Shown here: one piece after another, positions 29,370 through 38,310 of the stretch
How positions within the stretch are numbered: the first letter of the stretch is position 1
Layout of the letters: each line of letters begins with the position of its first letter
Assembly: GCA_041497895.1 (NCBI GenBank)
Contig: JBGQHJ010000003.1
Location: 1 to 64,000 of the forward strand
Reading direction: 5' to 3'
Length of the DNA: 64,000 nt
From: Candidatus Methylomirabilia bacterium
GTDB lineage: Bacteria; Methylomirabilota; Methylomirabilia; Rokubacteriales; CSP1-6
Translations under genes and position numbers: made by a program
Notes under the pieces: model-generated
The model's database searches: none
What the model saw: the letters and a program-made list of their open reading frames with translations, nothing else
What the model was told of the DNA's origin: nothing

Positions 29370-30173
29370 ATGCCGCACGTCTCGATCGGCGACGCCGACA
29401 TCTACTACGAGGAGCAGGGCCAGGGACCCGCGCTGATGCTGGTCCCCGGGCTGGGCGGCCAGGGCGCGTTCTGGGGTCCGCAGGCGCGCGACTTCGCCCG
29501 CGACTTCCGTGTGATCGTCCACGATCACCGCGGGGCCGGCCGCAGCACCCACTCGCGCATCAAGTACTCGGTGGATCAGATGGCGGCCGACACCGTCGCA
29601 CTCATGGACCGCCTGGGCGTCGAGCGCGCGCACTACGTCGGGCACTCCACCGGCGGGGCCATGGGCCAGACCATCGCGCAGGATCACCCGGGCCGGCTGC
29701 GGAGCCTGGTGCTGAGCGCCACCTGGCCCGGCCAGGACGCCTACTTCCGCCGCTGCTTCGAGACGCGCAAGGAGCTCCTGCTCCACCGCGGCTTCGAGAG
29801 CTACTGGCGGGCCTCGGTGGTCATGCTGCGCCCGCCGCGGTGGATCAGCGAGAACGACGCCGCGCTGGTCGAGGAGATGAAGCGCCTGGCCGCCGCCCCG
29901 CCGCCCGCCGAGGTGCTGGCCAGCCGTATCGACGCCATCGTGGCGTTCGACCGCCGCGCCCGCCTGGGCGAGATCCGCTGTCCCACCCTGGTGGTGGTGG
30001 CCGCGGACGACACCCTGACGCCGCCGTTCTACTCCGAGGAGCTGGCCACCCGGATCCGCGGCGCCAAGCTGGCGGTCCTGCCGACCGGCGGCCACTTCGC
30101 CCCCACTCTCGTGCCCGAGGAGTACAACCGGGTGGTGGGAGACTTCCTCCGCTCCCACCGCGACCGCGCGTAG
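29370..30173 (+). CDS. Alpha/beta hydrolase (RutD-like)
   Basis: PGLGG, HDHRGAGRS, VGHSTGG, D and GGH triad pattern. Confidence 0.88.
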   Translation: MPHVSIGDADIYYEEQGQGPALMLVPGLGGQGAFWGPQARDFARDFRVIVHDHRGAGRSTHSRIKYSVDQMAADTVALMDRLGVERAHYVGHSTGGAMGQTIAQDHPGRLRSLVLSATWPGQDAYFRRCFETRKELLLHRGFESYWRASVVMLRPPRWISENDAALVEEMKRLAAAPPPAEVLASRIDAIVAFDRRARLGEIRCPTLVVVAADDTLTPPFYSEELATRIRGAKLAVLPTGGHFAPTLVPEEYNRVVGDFLRSHRDRA

Positions 30174-30183
30174 CCGGCCGCGC

Positions 30184-30534
30184 ATGGATCCGATCAACCT
30201 CGCGGCCAAGCTCGCCACGTTCGCGGACCACTGGCAGCCCCGGACCGTCGCGCGCTTCAACGACTGCGACGTCATGGTCGTCAAGGCCCAGGGCGAGTTC
30301 GTCTGGCACGAGCACGACGACACCGACGACTTCTTCCTCGTGCTCGCGGGCCACCTCACCATCGAGCTGCGCGACCGGAGCGTGCGCCTGGGCCCGGGCG
30401 AGCTCTTCGTCGTGCCTCGCGGGGTCGAGCACCGGCCGGTCGCCACCGAGGAGGTGCACCTGCTCCTCATCGAGCCGTCCGGCACGCCCAATACCGGCGA
30501 CGCGGCCACCGCGGCGCCGCGTCGGGTCGTCTAG
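30184..30534 (+). CDS. Cupin-domain protein
   Basis: GEFVWHEHDDTDDFF and VPRGVEHRP. Confidence 0.92.
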   Translation: MDPINLAAKLATFADHWQPRTVARFNDCDVMVVKAQGEFVWHEHDDTDDFFLVLAGHLTIELRDRSVRLGPGELFVVPRGVEHRPVATEEVHLLLIEPSGTPNTGDAATAAPRRVV

Positions 30535-30541
30535 CCGCGCC

Positions 30542-31093
30542 GTGCTGCGCGTCGGTGCGGTCCTCGCGCTCGCCGCGGTCATCGGGCTGACCGCGCGTGT
30601 CCAGGTCGTGAGCGCCCTCGACTGCGAGCCGGCCGGCCGGGCCCTCGCCGTTCGCGCGAGCATCGCGGGCACGGATCGCCTCACCGTGTCGTACGCGGTC
30701 GTCAACCGGACCGGCGCGGGCGTGAGCTGGATCAGCATCGGCTCGGGCGAGCGGGAGCGAACACGGCTGGTGCCGCCGCAGACTCCCGCCGTCCTGGGTG
30801 CGCCACCGGGCTGGCGAGGGATGGTGGTGTATCCGGAGGAGTCGTCCTTCGTGCACCTCTGGTGGGAAACCGACGACCCCGCGGCGGCGCTCGCGACCGG
30901 CGGAGCGACGAGCGGCTTCGTGGTGAGCGTGGCGGGCCCGGCGGCCGTCGCGCCCGGCCTCCGCGACGCAGAGGGACGCGCGGTCCGGCCGATCGATTTC
31001 GGCTCGCTGCCCTTCATCGCGGGCGGAGGGCCCCGGTGCTGGTGGGGTAGAGTCGAGCCTGCGGCCCCGCCCGGCCACCCTGGCACCCAATGA
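30542..31093 (+). CDS. Exported hypothetical protein
   Basis: Fills the gap between genes; signal-like N-terminus; ATGA overlap with the next gene. Confidence 0.55.
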   Translation: MLRVGAVLALAAVIGLTARVQVVSALDCEPAGRALAVRASIAGTDRLTVSYAVVNRTGAGVSWISIGSGERERTRLVPPQTPAVLGAPPGWRGMVVYPEESSFVHLWWETDDPAAALATGGATSGFVVSVAGPAAVAPGLRDAEGRAVRPIDFGSLPFIAGGGPRCWWGRVEPAAPPGHPGTQ

Positions 31094-31899
31094 CCATGGC
31101 TCCCAATCCCGTCTCCGACACCTGGGAAAGCGGCGACCCCTACGAGCAGTACGTCGGCCGGTGGAGCCGGCGAGTGGCGCCCGCATTCCTCTCCTGGCTC
31201 GCCATCCCCGCCGGGCGCCGGTGGCTCGACGTCGGGTGCGGTACCGGGGCGCTGTCCGCCGCGATCCTGGATCACTGCGCGCCGTCGTCGCTCACCGCGA
31301 TCGAGCCCTCGGCGGGATTTCTCGAGACCGCCCGGCGGCACCTCGCATCTCGCGCGGTCCTGCACGAGGCCAGCGCCACCCAGATCCCGCTGGACGCGGG
31401 GGCCGTCGACGTGGTCGTCTCGGGGCTCGTCCTCAACTTCGTGCCGGACCAGCCCGCCGCGGTGGCCGAGATGGGGAGGGTGACCGCGCGCGGCGGCACG
31501 ATCGCGGCCTACGTCTGGGACTACGCGGGAGGCATGGAGCTCATGCGGCTCTTCTGGGACGGGGCGGTCGCGCTCGACCCGGCCGCCGCCAGGATGGACG
31601 AGGGACCACGGTTCCCGCTCTGTCGCCCCGACACGCTCGCGCAGCTCCTCGCCGCGGCCGGGCTCGGGGGCGTCGAGGTCACCGCCATCGACGTCCCGAC
31701 GCCCTTCGCGAGCTTCGAGGACTACTGGCGCCCCTTCCTGGGCGGCCAGGGCCCCGCGCCCGCCTACGCGATGGCCCTCGACGAGGGCGCGAGGACCCGT
31801 CTCCGCGACCATCTGCGCGAGCGCGTTCCCGCCGCCGCGGACGGCTCGATCCGGCTGACCGCCCGGGCCTGGGCGGCCCGCGGCACCGTCGCGGCGTAG
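31090..31899 (+). CDS. Class I SAM-dependent methyltransferase
   Basis: YEQYVGRWS, WLDVGCGTG, LVLNFVPD and AYVWDY. Confidence 0.93.
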   Translation: MTMAPNPVSDTWESGDPYEQYVGRWSRRVAPAFLSWLAIPAGRRWLDVGCGTGALSAAILDHCAPSSLTAIEPSAGFLETARRHLASRAVLHEASATQIPLDAGAVDVVVSGLVLNFVPDQPAAVAEMGRVTARGGTIAAYVWDYAGGMELMRLFWDGAVALDPAAARMDEGPRFPLCRPDTLAQLLAAAGLGGVEVTAIDVPTPFASFEDYWRPFLGGQGPAPAYAMALDEGARTRLRDHLRERVPAAADGSIRLTARAWAARGTVAA

Positions 31900-31901
31900 C
31901 G

Positions 31902-32232
31902 ATGGGCTGGCTGCGCCGGCTCTTCGGCGGTCCGCAGAGCATGGAGGCGCATACCCTCGGTGGTGATCGTGGCCACGCCCAACTCGGGCCAGAGCTACAC
32001 CGTCGCCGCGAACCGGAGCAAGCAGCTGGCCCGCGCCAATCTCGTGATGATGCTGGACCGCAAGGGCGACGCGTTCGCCCACTTCTTCCAGCGCCTCGTC
32101 GCGGACATGAAGTCGGGCACGTCGATGCCCCGCGCCTGGGTCAAGCTCGCGCCCCAGGCGCAGCAGGCGCCGCACGTCGATTGTCCCGACACGATCTTCG
32201 CGTGCGAGCTCGCGCCGCTCGCCTTCTCCTGA
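31902..32232 (+). pseudogene. Hypothetical gene apparently broken by a frameshift or internal deletion near 31958
   Basis: ATG 31902 gives MGWLRRLFGG...HTL; protein-like sequence VVIVATPN...LAFS continues in another frame. Confidence 0.5.
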
Positions 32233-32307
32233 TGGCGGGCGCTCCCCCCGACGTATACTGGGCGGCGCACATCATGCTCCACCTCCGACCAGCCGGCCGA
32301 GACCGCG

Positions 32308-32664
32308 ATGCGTGACCTGGCGCCGGACATCACGCGCCAGCGCCTGCTGATCGAGGGCCACTTCGCCGCCGCGGTCGACCGCCCCGCGGTGGAGCGCTAC
32401 CTGCTCGGGCTGGCCGCGCATCTCGACCTCACCACCTACGGCACGCCGGTGATCCACTCGCCGGCCGGAGCCGGAAAGCCCGAGAACCAGGGCTTCGACG
32501 CGTTCATCCCCCTGATCGACTCGGGCATCTCCCTCTACGTCTGGAGCGCGCGACGGTTCTTCGCGGTGGTGCTCTTCACCTGCAAGCGCTTCGACGTGGA
32601 GCGCGCCCTCGAGTTCACGCGGCGTCTGTTCGAGGCGCCCGAGCTCGAGCACCGCTCGTTCTAG
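32308..32664 (+). CDS. S-adenosylmethionine decarboxylase-like pyruvoyl proenzyme
   Basis: RLLIEG, GFDAFIPLIDSGISLYVW and VLFTCKRFD resemble the class 1B AdoMetDC layout (ESHxSxHTW...DxFTC). Confidence 0.75.
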   Translation: MRDLAPDITRQRLLIEGHFAAAVDRPAVERYLLGLAAHLDLTTYGTPVIHSPAGAGKPENQGFDAFIPLIDSGISLYVWSARRFFAVVLFTCKRFDVERALEFTRRLFEAPELEHRSF

Positions 32665-32671
32665 CGCTCCG

Positions 32672-33361
32672 ATGCCCCACCGGTCCGCGCGAGTGCTCGG
32701 CCTGGCGCTCCTGCTCGCCGCCGCGCCCGCCGCGGCGCAGGTGCCCCCGTCGCCGGAGGAGCGCGCCGGCTACCGCGGGCTCCTGGCCGCGGCCGCGCGC
32801 GGCGACGCGGCCGCGATCCGGACCCTGACCGCGCGCGGGATGAACCCCGACGAGCGCGACGGCCACCGTCGCACCCCACTCCACGTGGCGGCGTACGGCG
32901 GCCATCACGAGGCGATGCGCGCGCTGGTGGCCGCGGGCGCCGATCCCAACGCGCTCGAGCGTGACCGCTACGACATCGTGACCATCGCCGCGGTCGCGGG
33001 CGACGTGCCGACGCTCGAGACCGCCCTGGCCCTGGGCGGCAGCGCGCGGAACGTCACCAGCCGCTACGACGGCACCGCACTGATCGCGGCCGCCCACCTG
33101 GGCCACGCCGACGTCGTGCGCGCGCTCATCCGGGCGGGAGCTCCCCTCGACCACGTCAACAACCTGGGCTGGACCGCGCTGATCGAGTCCATCGTCCTGG
33201 GCGACGGCGGTCCCCGGCACACCGACACCCTCACCGCGCTGGTCGCGGCGGGCGCCGACCTCAACCTCGCGGACCGCGGCGGCCGGACGCCGTTGCAGCT
33301 CGCGCGGGCCCGCGGCCACGACGCGATGGCGCGCGTGCTCGAGCGGTCCGGCGCGCGCTGA
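32672..33361 (+). CDS. Exported ankyrin-repeat protein
   Basis: RTPLHVAAYGGH, GTALIAAAHLGH, WTALIESI and RTPLQLA repeats. Confidence 0.92.
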   Translation: MPHRSARVLGLALLLAAAPAAAQVPPSPEERAGYRGLLAAAARGDAAAIRTLTARGMNPDERDGHRRTPLHVAAYGGHHEAMRALVAAGADPNALERDRYDIVTIAAVAGDVPTLETALALGGSARNVTSRYDGTALIAAAHLGHADVVRALIRAGAPLDHVNNLGWTALIESIVLGDGGPRHTDTLTALVAAGADLNLADRGGRTPLQLARARGHDAMARVLERSGAR

Positions 33362-33375
33362 AGGGAGATCGCCAC

Positions 33376-34212
33376 ATGGGCAAGCTCGACGGCAAGGTCG
33401 CGGTCATCACCGGGGGAGCCAGCGGCATCGGGGACGCGACGGTCCGGCTCTTCCTCGAGGAGGGCTGTCGCGTGGTGATCGCCGACGTCCAGGACGATCG
33501 GGGCGCCCGCCTCGCCGAGGAGCTGGGAAAGTCGGCCAGCTACCTGCACGCGGACGTGAGCCAGGAGGCCCACGTGAGCGGCGCGATCGCCCACGCGGTC
33601 TCGCGCTTCGGGCGCCTCGACTGCCTCTTCAACAACGCGGGGGCCGGCGGCGTCTCCGGGCCGATCGAGGCGATCCCGGCGGACGGCTTCGATCACACGA
33701 TCGGCGTGCTCCTCCGTGGCGTCTTCCTCGGCATGAAGCACGCGGCCCCGATCATGAAGCGCCAGGGCGGGGGCAGCATCATCAGCACCGCGAGCGTGGC
33801 CGGGCTGCAGGCCGGCTACGGGCCGCACGTCTACAGCGCGGCGAAGGCCGCCGTCGTGCACCTGACGCGCTCGGTGGCGATGGAGCTGGGCGAGAGCGGG
33901 GTGCGCGTGAACTGCATCTGCCCGGGCGGCATCGCCACCCCGATCTTCGGCTCGGCCCTGGGCCTCGCCGGGCCGGAGGCGGATCGCGTCGCCGAGCTGA
34001 TGAAGACGCTCCTGGCCGCCCGCCAGCCGATCCATCGCGCGGGCCTGCCCGAGGACATCGCGCGCGCGGCGCTCTGGCTCGCGAGCGAGGACTCGAGCTT
34101 CGTGAACGGCCACGCCCTGATCGTGGACGGCGGCCTCACCGGTGGCCGCATGTGGTCGGTGGTCCAGGAGCAGCGGCAGCAGCTGCGCGCCGCGCTAGGT
34201 CTCGGCGACTAG
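33376..34212 (+). CDS. Short-chain dehydrogenase/reductase
   Basis: TGGASGIG, NNAG, YSAAK and VRVNCICPG. Confidence 0.95.
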   Translation: MGKLDGKVAVITGGASGIGDATVRLFLEEGCRVVIADVQDDRGARLAEELGKSASYLHADVSQEAHVSGAIAHAVSRFGRLDCLFNNAGAGGVSGPIEAIPADGFDHTIGVLLRGVFLGMKHAAPIMKRQGGGSIISTASVAGLQAGYGPHVYSAAKAAVVHLTRSVAMELGESGVRVNCICPGGIATPIFGSALGLAGPEADRVAELMKTLLAARQPIHRAGLPEDIARAALWLASEDSSFVNGHALIVDGGLTGGRMWSVVQEQRQQLRAALGLGD

Positions 34213-34217
34213 CCGCG

Positions 34218-34397
34218 ATGTCCGGCGCCGGGATCCGCCCCCAGCCGCCGATCGCGGCGCGCGACGTACCGGCCAGCAGCCGCTGGTACCAGCGGCTCCT
34301 CGTCCTGCTGTGGCTCCAGGCCGGCGATTTCGAGATCTGGCGGCGCGATCCGGAGGGCTACGTCGTCGTGCTGGCCAGCGCCTGCGGCGACCTCTGA
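34218..34397 (+). pseudogene. VOC/glyoxalase-family remnant with internal deletions
   Basis: Keeps the VOC start (RDVPASSRWYQRLL) and end (RDPEGYVVVL) in only 59 aa. Confidence 0.7.
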
Positions 34398-34412
34398 CAC
34401 GAGGAGCCGCTC

Positions 34413-34685
34413 ATGCTCTACATGGTCATCGAGTACTTCAACGCGGGCGCCGCGGCCGAGATCTATCGCCGGGCGCGCGAGAAGGGGCGCCAGCTCCCGC
34501 CCGGCCTCGAGTACGTCGACAGCTGGGTGGATCTCGACTACTTCCGCTGCTTCCAGCTCATGCGCACCGACGACCGGTCGCTCTTCGACGCCTGGATCGC
34601 GGCGTGGGGCGACCTCGGGCACTTCGAGATCATCCCGGTGCGCACCTCGGCCGAGGCGGCCCGGCACATCGCGGAGCGAGGCTGA
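34413..34685 (+). CDS. DUF3303-like small protein
   Basis: MLYMVIEYF, GRQLPPGLEYVDSWV, CFQLM and FEIIPVRTS. Confidence 0.85.
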   Translation: MLYMVIEYFNAGAAAEIYRRAREKGRQLPPGLEYVDSWVDLDYFRCFQLMRTDDRSLFDAWIAAWGDLGHFEIIPVRTSAEAARHIAERG

Positions 34686-34712
34686 GCCGCCCGTGCCCGA
34701 GAGGACCTGCTG

Positions 34713-35078
34713 ATGCCGGTGGTCGGGGTCGATCACGTGCAGCTCGCGATGCCGGCCGGGCGCGAGGCCGAGGCGCGCGCCTTCTACGGAGGACTGCTCG
34801 GCATCCCGGAGATCGCGAAGCCGCCCGTGCTCGCCGCGCGCGGCGGTGCATGGTTCGAGCGCGGGCGCCTCAAGATCCACCTGGGCGTCGACCGCAACTT
34901 CCGCCCCGCGCAGAAGGCCCACCCCGGGCTCCTGGTGGACGACCTCGCCGGGCTGATCGAGCGCCTCCGCACCGCCGGCCACGCGATCGTCGACGACGAG
35001 CCGCTCGAGGGCTATCTCCGCGTCTACGTCGACGACCCGTTCGGCAATCGGCTGGAGCTGATGGAGCCCCGTCCTTGA
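34713..35078 (+). CDS. Glyoxalase/VOC-family protein
   Basis: DHVQLAMP, FYGGLLG, KAHPGLLV and DPFGNRLELME. Confidence 0.92.
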   Translation: MPVVGVDHVQLAMPAGREAEARAFYGGLLGIPEIAKPPVLAARGGAWFERGRLKIHLGVDRNFRPAQKAHPGLLVDDLAGLIERLRTAGHAIVDDEPLEGYLRVYVDDPFGNRLELMEPRP

Positions 35079-35641
35079 CCCGCGTGACCCACGACGGCCG
35101 GCGCTGGAGCAACGCGGAGGAGGATCGGGTCGACCTGGTCGACTACGACCCGCGCTGGCCCTCGACGTTCGAGGCGGAGGCCGGGCGCCTCCGGACCGTC
35201 CTGATCGGCCTCGATCTCGGCCCGTTCCGCCTCGAGCACTTCGGCAGCACCGCGATCCCCGGGATCGCGGCCAAGCCGATCATCGACATCATGCTGGTCG
35301 CGGCCGACCGGTCCCGCTGGCCGGGCGTGATCGAGCCCATCCGGAGCCTCGACTACGTCTACTGGGCCGACAACCCGCGCCACGACCGGATGTTCTTCGT
35401 CAAGGGCATGCCGCCGTTCGGGACGGGCCGCACCCATCACGTCCACGTCCGTACCCCCGACGACGCGCGCCCCGCCCTCGTCTTCTGCGAGTACCTGCGC
35501 CGGCATCCCGACGCGGCCGCGCGCTACGTGCGGCTGAAGCAGGAGCTGCAAGCCCGCCATCCGACGGACCGCGAGGCGTACACCGCGGGCAAGGCGGAGC
35601 TCGTGGCCGAGATCGTGCGGGAGGCGGACGCCGGCCTCTAG
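35075..35641 (+). CDS. GrpB/UPF0157 nucleotidyltransferase-fold protein
   Basis: YDPRWP, EHFGSTAIPGIAAKPIIDI, RTHHVHV and DREAYTAGK; start TTG 35075 or GTG 35084. Confidence 0.88.
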   Translation: MTRVTHDGRRWSNAEEDRVDLVDYDPRWPSTFEAEAGRLRTVLIGLDLGPFRLEHFGSTAIPGIAAKPIIDIMLVAADRSRWPGVIEPIRSLDYVYWADNPRHDRMFFVKGMPPFGTGRTHHVHVRTPDDARPALVFCEYLRRHPDAAARYVRLKQELQARHPTDREAYTAGKAELVAEIVREADAGL

Positions 35642-36369
35642 CCGCCCAGCACCCGCTTCTCGTAGATCGCGCTCAGGATCTCGTCGATGCCCGCGCTGGC
35701 CCACAGGTCGAAGAAGGGCGAGGCCTGCATCGCGGCGAACTCCTTCATGCCGCGATCCCGCGCCTGCTCCGGACTCTCCCCCGCGCGCGCCGCCTGCTGG
35801 TGGCCGCGGACGCGGTCCTTGTGGTAAATCGCCGGGTACTCGATGTAACGGCACAGCTCCTGGAAGTCCTTGGTGTAGACCGCCACCACCGGCACCGAGG
35901 CCCACTCCCCGCCGTCCTTGGCGTTCAGGAACTCGAGCATGAGGTCGTGGTTACCGTCCGGGTAGGCGGCTGGGTCGGGCCGGCGCTTGCCGAGGATCTT
36001 CTGGCCGTCGCGGTCGAAGATGCGGAGCGCGAGCCCGCCCGCCTCGGCCAGCCGGGCCATCGCGGGCACGTCGCGCCGGCAGTCGGAGGACCAGTCCTCG
36101 GAGATCGCCAGGATGTTGGCGGGGCCGCCGGGCTGGGCCGCGAGCCACTTGATGGCCGCAACCTGGTAGTCGGCCAGCCGGGTCCGCGCGTAGCGCTCGC
36201 GGAGCACCGCGCTGTTGTCCTTGCGCGCGATCCCGATCGCGCCGCCGTCCGGGTAGTAGCTGCCGAAGGCCTCGCGCGCGAGATTCTGCGCGCCGCCCGC
36301 GTACGCCACGTACTGATCGAACGTCATCCCCTTGGCGAATCGCTCCGCCGTCACCACGCTCTTGGCCAT
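35638..36369 (-). CDS. Thioredoxin-fold protein with SxxC motif
   Basis: SD GAGGAG; ILAISEDWSSDCRRDVP and SVPVVAVY. Confidence 0.8.
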   Translation of the reverse strand: MAKSVVTAERFAKGMTFDQYVAYAGGAQNLAREAFGSYYPDGGAIGIARKDNSAVLRERYARTRLADYQVAAIKWLAAQPGGPANILAISEDWSSDCRRDVPAMARLAEAGGLALRIFDRDGQKILGKRRPDPAAYPDGNHDLMLEFLNAKDGGEWASVPVVAVYTKDFQELCRYIEYPAIYHKDRVRGHQQAARAGESPEQARDRGMKEFAAMQASPFFDLWASAGIDEILSAIYEKRVLGG

Positions 36370-36427
36370 GGTCTCCTCCTCGAGGTCCAGATGATACCCT
36401 GTTGCCCAGCGAGGAGGGAGGCCCTTC

Positions 36428-36670
36428 ATGCTCGAGCTACGACCGGGCTGTGAGTGCTGCGACCGCGACCTGCCGCCGGACTCGGACGAGGCGCGCGTGT
36501 GCTCGTTCGAGTGCACCTTCTGCCGCGCATGCGCGGAAGCCGTGCTCCGCGGCCGCTGCCCCAACTGCGGCGGCGAGCTCGTGCCCCGCCCGCGGCGCCC
36601 CGCCGACAAGCTGGCGAAGTTCCCCGCGTCGACCACGCGGGTGCACAAGCCGGCGGGCTGCCGGGGTTGA
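36428..36670 (+). CDS. DUF1272 Cys-rich protein
   Basis: MLELRPGCECCDRDL, CSFECTFC and CPNCGGELVPRP. Confidence 0.92.
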   Translation: MLELRPGCECCDRDLPPDSDEARVCSFECTFCRACAEAVLRGRCPNCGGELVPRPRRPADKLAKFPASTTRVHKPAGCRG

Positions 36671-36694
36671 CGCGCGCCCACCCGGTCGGCCCGG

Positions 36695-36927
36695 ATGCCT
36701 GACGCGCCGCCGGTCTTCCGTCGCGCGCGGGCCGGGGACGTGCCCGCGATCGTCAACCTGCTCGCCGACGATCCGCTGGGCCGGACGCGGGAGCGCGACG
36801 AGGATCCGCTGCCGTCGTCCTACCGGGAGGCCTTCGCCGCCATCGACCGCGACCCGAATCAAGAGCCGATCGTCGCTTGCCGGGGCACGGAGGTGGTCGG
36901 CGCGCTGTTCGAGTGGGCCATCGCGCG
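36695..36927 (+). pseudogene. GNAT acetyltransferase remnant (internal deletion, 3' end truncated at a MITE)
   Basis: DVPAIVNLLADDPLGRTRE...EVVG is joined directly to ALFEWAIAR; the acetyl-CoA-binding motif A is absent. Confidence 0.75.
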
Positions 36928-37057
36928 GCAGACTGCTCAAAAAGGTCCAGCTGCGAGGCGGCGCCGGTCGGCTGTACGCGAGGCGTACTCTCCGTACGTT
37001 GAGCGTGCGGCCGCGGGCGCCAACGAAGCAGATGGGCCTTTTTCAGCAGCCTGCTAG
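36928..37057. mobile_element. MITE-like non-autonomous element with 22-bp imperfect terminal inverted repeats
   Basis: GCAGACTGCTCAAAAAGGTCCA (36928-36949) and TGGGCCTTTTTCAGCAGCCTGC (37033-37054), 19/22 complementary; ends in CTAG. Confidence 0.75.
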
Positions 37058-37061
37058 CCGC

Positions 37062-37718
37062 TCAGATCACCACCAGGCCGCGCCGCATCCCGATCGTCAC
37101 CGCCTCGGTGCGGCTGCCCGCGCCGAGCTTGGCCAGGATCGACGCCACGTGGAACTTCGCGGTGTGCGTCGAGATCCCGAGGCGCGACGCGATCGTCTTG
37201 TTGCCGAGGCCCTCGGCCAGCATGCCCAGCACCTCGATCTCGCGCGCGGTGAGCGGCTGGGCCGGATCGGCGGAGTCCCGTGCGGGCTGCGCCTCGCGCC
37301 GCGAGCGCGGCCCGCGCGCGGCATCGAGCGCATCGGCCAGCGCGTCTGGATGGAGCACCACCAGGCCCGCGACCACCGCGTCGATCGCGGCCAGGATCTC
37401 GCCCGAGGTGGCGTCGCGCGGCAGCACCGCGCGGACCAGGCCGCGCTCCACCGCGAGGTCGGCGCGCGCGCGCCGCGGCGCGTCCGTCAGCACCACGAGC
37501 GCAGCCGCCGCCGACTCGGGCAGCTCGGCCAGCCGGCCGTCGAGCCGCCCGCCGTCGAGGTCGAGGAGCACCACGTCCGGGCGCAGGACCTGCAGCTGCC
37601 GCGCGAGCGGGACGTCGGGCGACCCCGAGACGAGGCGGAGCGCGCGCGAGGCGGCCACCACCGCCTCGAGCCGGGCCCGCGCGGACGCGCGCGCCGCCGC
37701 CACCAGCACGGTGGTCAC
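37062..37718 (-). CDS. NarL/LuxR-family regulator with degenerate receiver domain
   Basis: C-terminal LTAREIEVL...GLGNKTIASRLGISTHTAKFHVASIL HTH. Confidence 0.9.
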   Translation of the reverse strand: MTTVLVAAARASARARLEAVVAASRALRLVSGSPDVPLARQLQVLRPDVVLLDLDGGRLDGRLAELPESAAAALVVLTDAPRRARADLAVERGLVRAVLPRDATSGEILAAIDAVVAGLVVLHPDALADALDAARGPRSRREAQPARDSADPAQPLTAREIEVLGMLAEGLGNKTIASRLGISTHTAKFHVASILAKLGAGSRTEAVTIGMRRGLVVI

Positions 37719-37722
37719 GGCC

Positions 37723-38310
37723 TCAGCCCCGCAGCTGCTCCCGCACGAACTGCCGCGCCTCGCGGCTCGGCACCGCCACCGCGAGCCCGCCCACGATCAT
37801 CGCGTTGAGCCCGACCACGTGGCCCTGCGCGTCGGCGAGCGGGCCGCCGGAGTTGCCGGGGGCCAGGCGGAGATCGGCGTGGATCGCGCGCGGCCCGACC
37901 GCGTGCACCAGGCCGGCCGAGAGGGCGCGCACCAGCCCGAGGGGGTTGCCGACCGCGAGCACCAGCTCGCCGACCCGGAGCGCGCCCGAGTCGCCGATCC
38001 GGGCCGCGGGCAGATCGGTCGCGTCCACCACCAGCGCGGCGAGATCGCGCCGCACGTCGCGCGCCACCAGCCGCGCTCGCCGTGCCCCGCCGTCGGCGAG
38101 CACCACCGTGACGTCGCCCGAGGCCACGTGGGCATTGGTCAGGATGAGGCCGTCCGGGTGCCAGACGACACCCGCGCCCACCGCCCCGCCCGCCGCGCCG
38201 CGGCCGCGGCCCCGCACCTCCACCGTGACGCGGCCCAGCCGCGCGGCCAGGCCCGCCGCGGCCGCGGCGAGCGGCTCGGGCGCCGCGTCGACGGTCGCGG
38301 TCGGGCTCAC
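37723..38310 (-). CDS. Trypsin-like (S1C) serine protease without PDZ
   Basis: TNAHV, DLAAL and PGNSGG triad. Confidence 0.9.
   Translation of the reverse strand: MSPTATVDAAPEPLAAAAAGLAARLGRVTVEVRGRGRGAAGGAVGAGVVWHPDGLILTNAHVASGDVTVVLADGGARRARLVARDVRRDLAALVVDATDLPAARIGDSGALRVGELVLAVGNPLGLVRALSAGLVHAVGPRAIHADLRLAPGNSGGPLADAQGHVVGLNAMIVGGLAVAVPSREARQFVREQLRG

Noticed and set aside
27551..37057. Classical integron
   Set aside because: No tyrosine recombinase, and intergenic gaps are too short for attC sites
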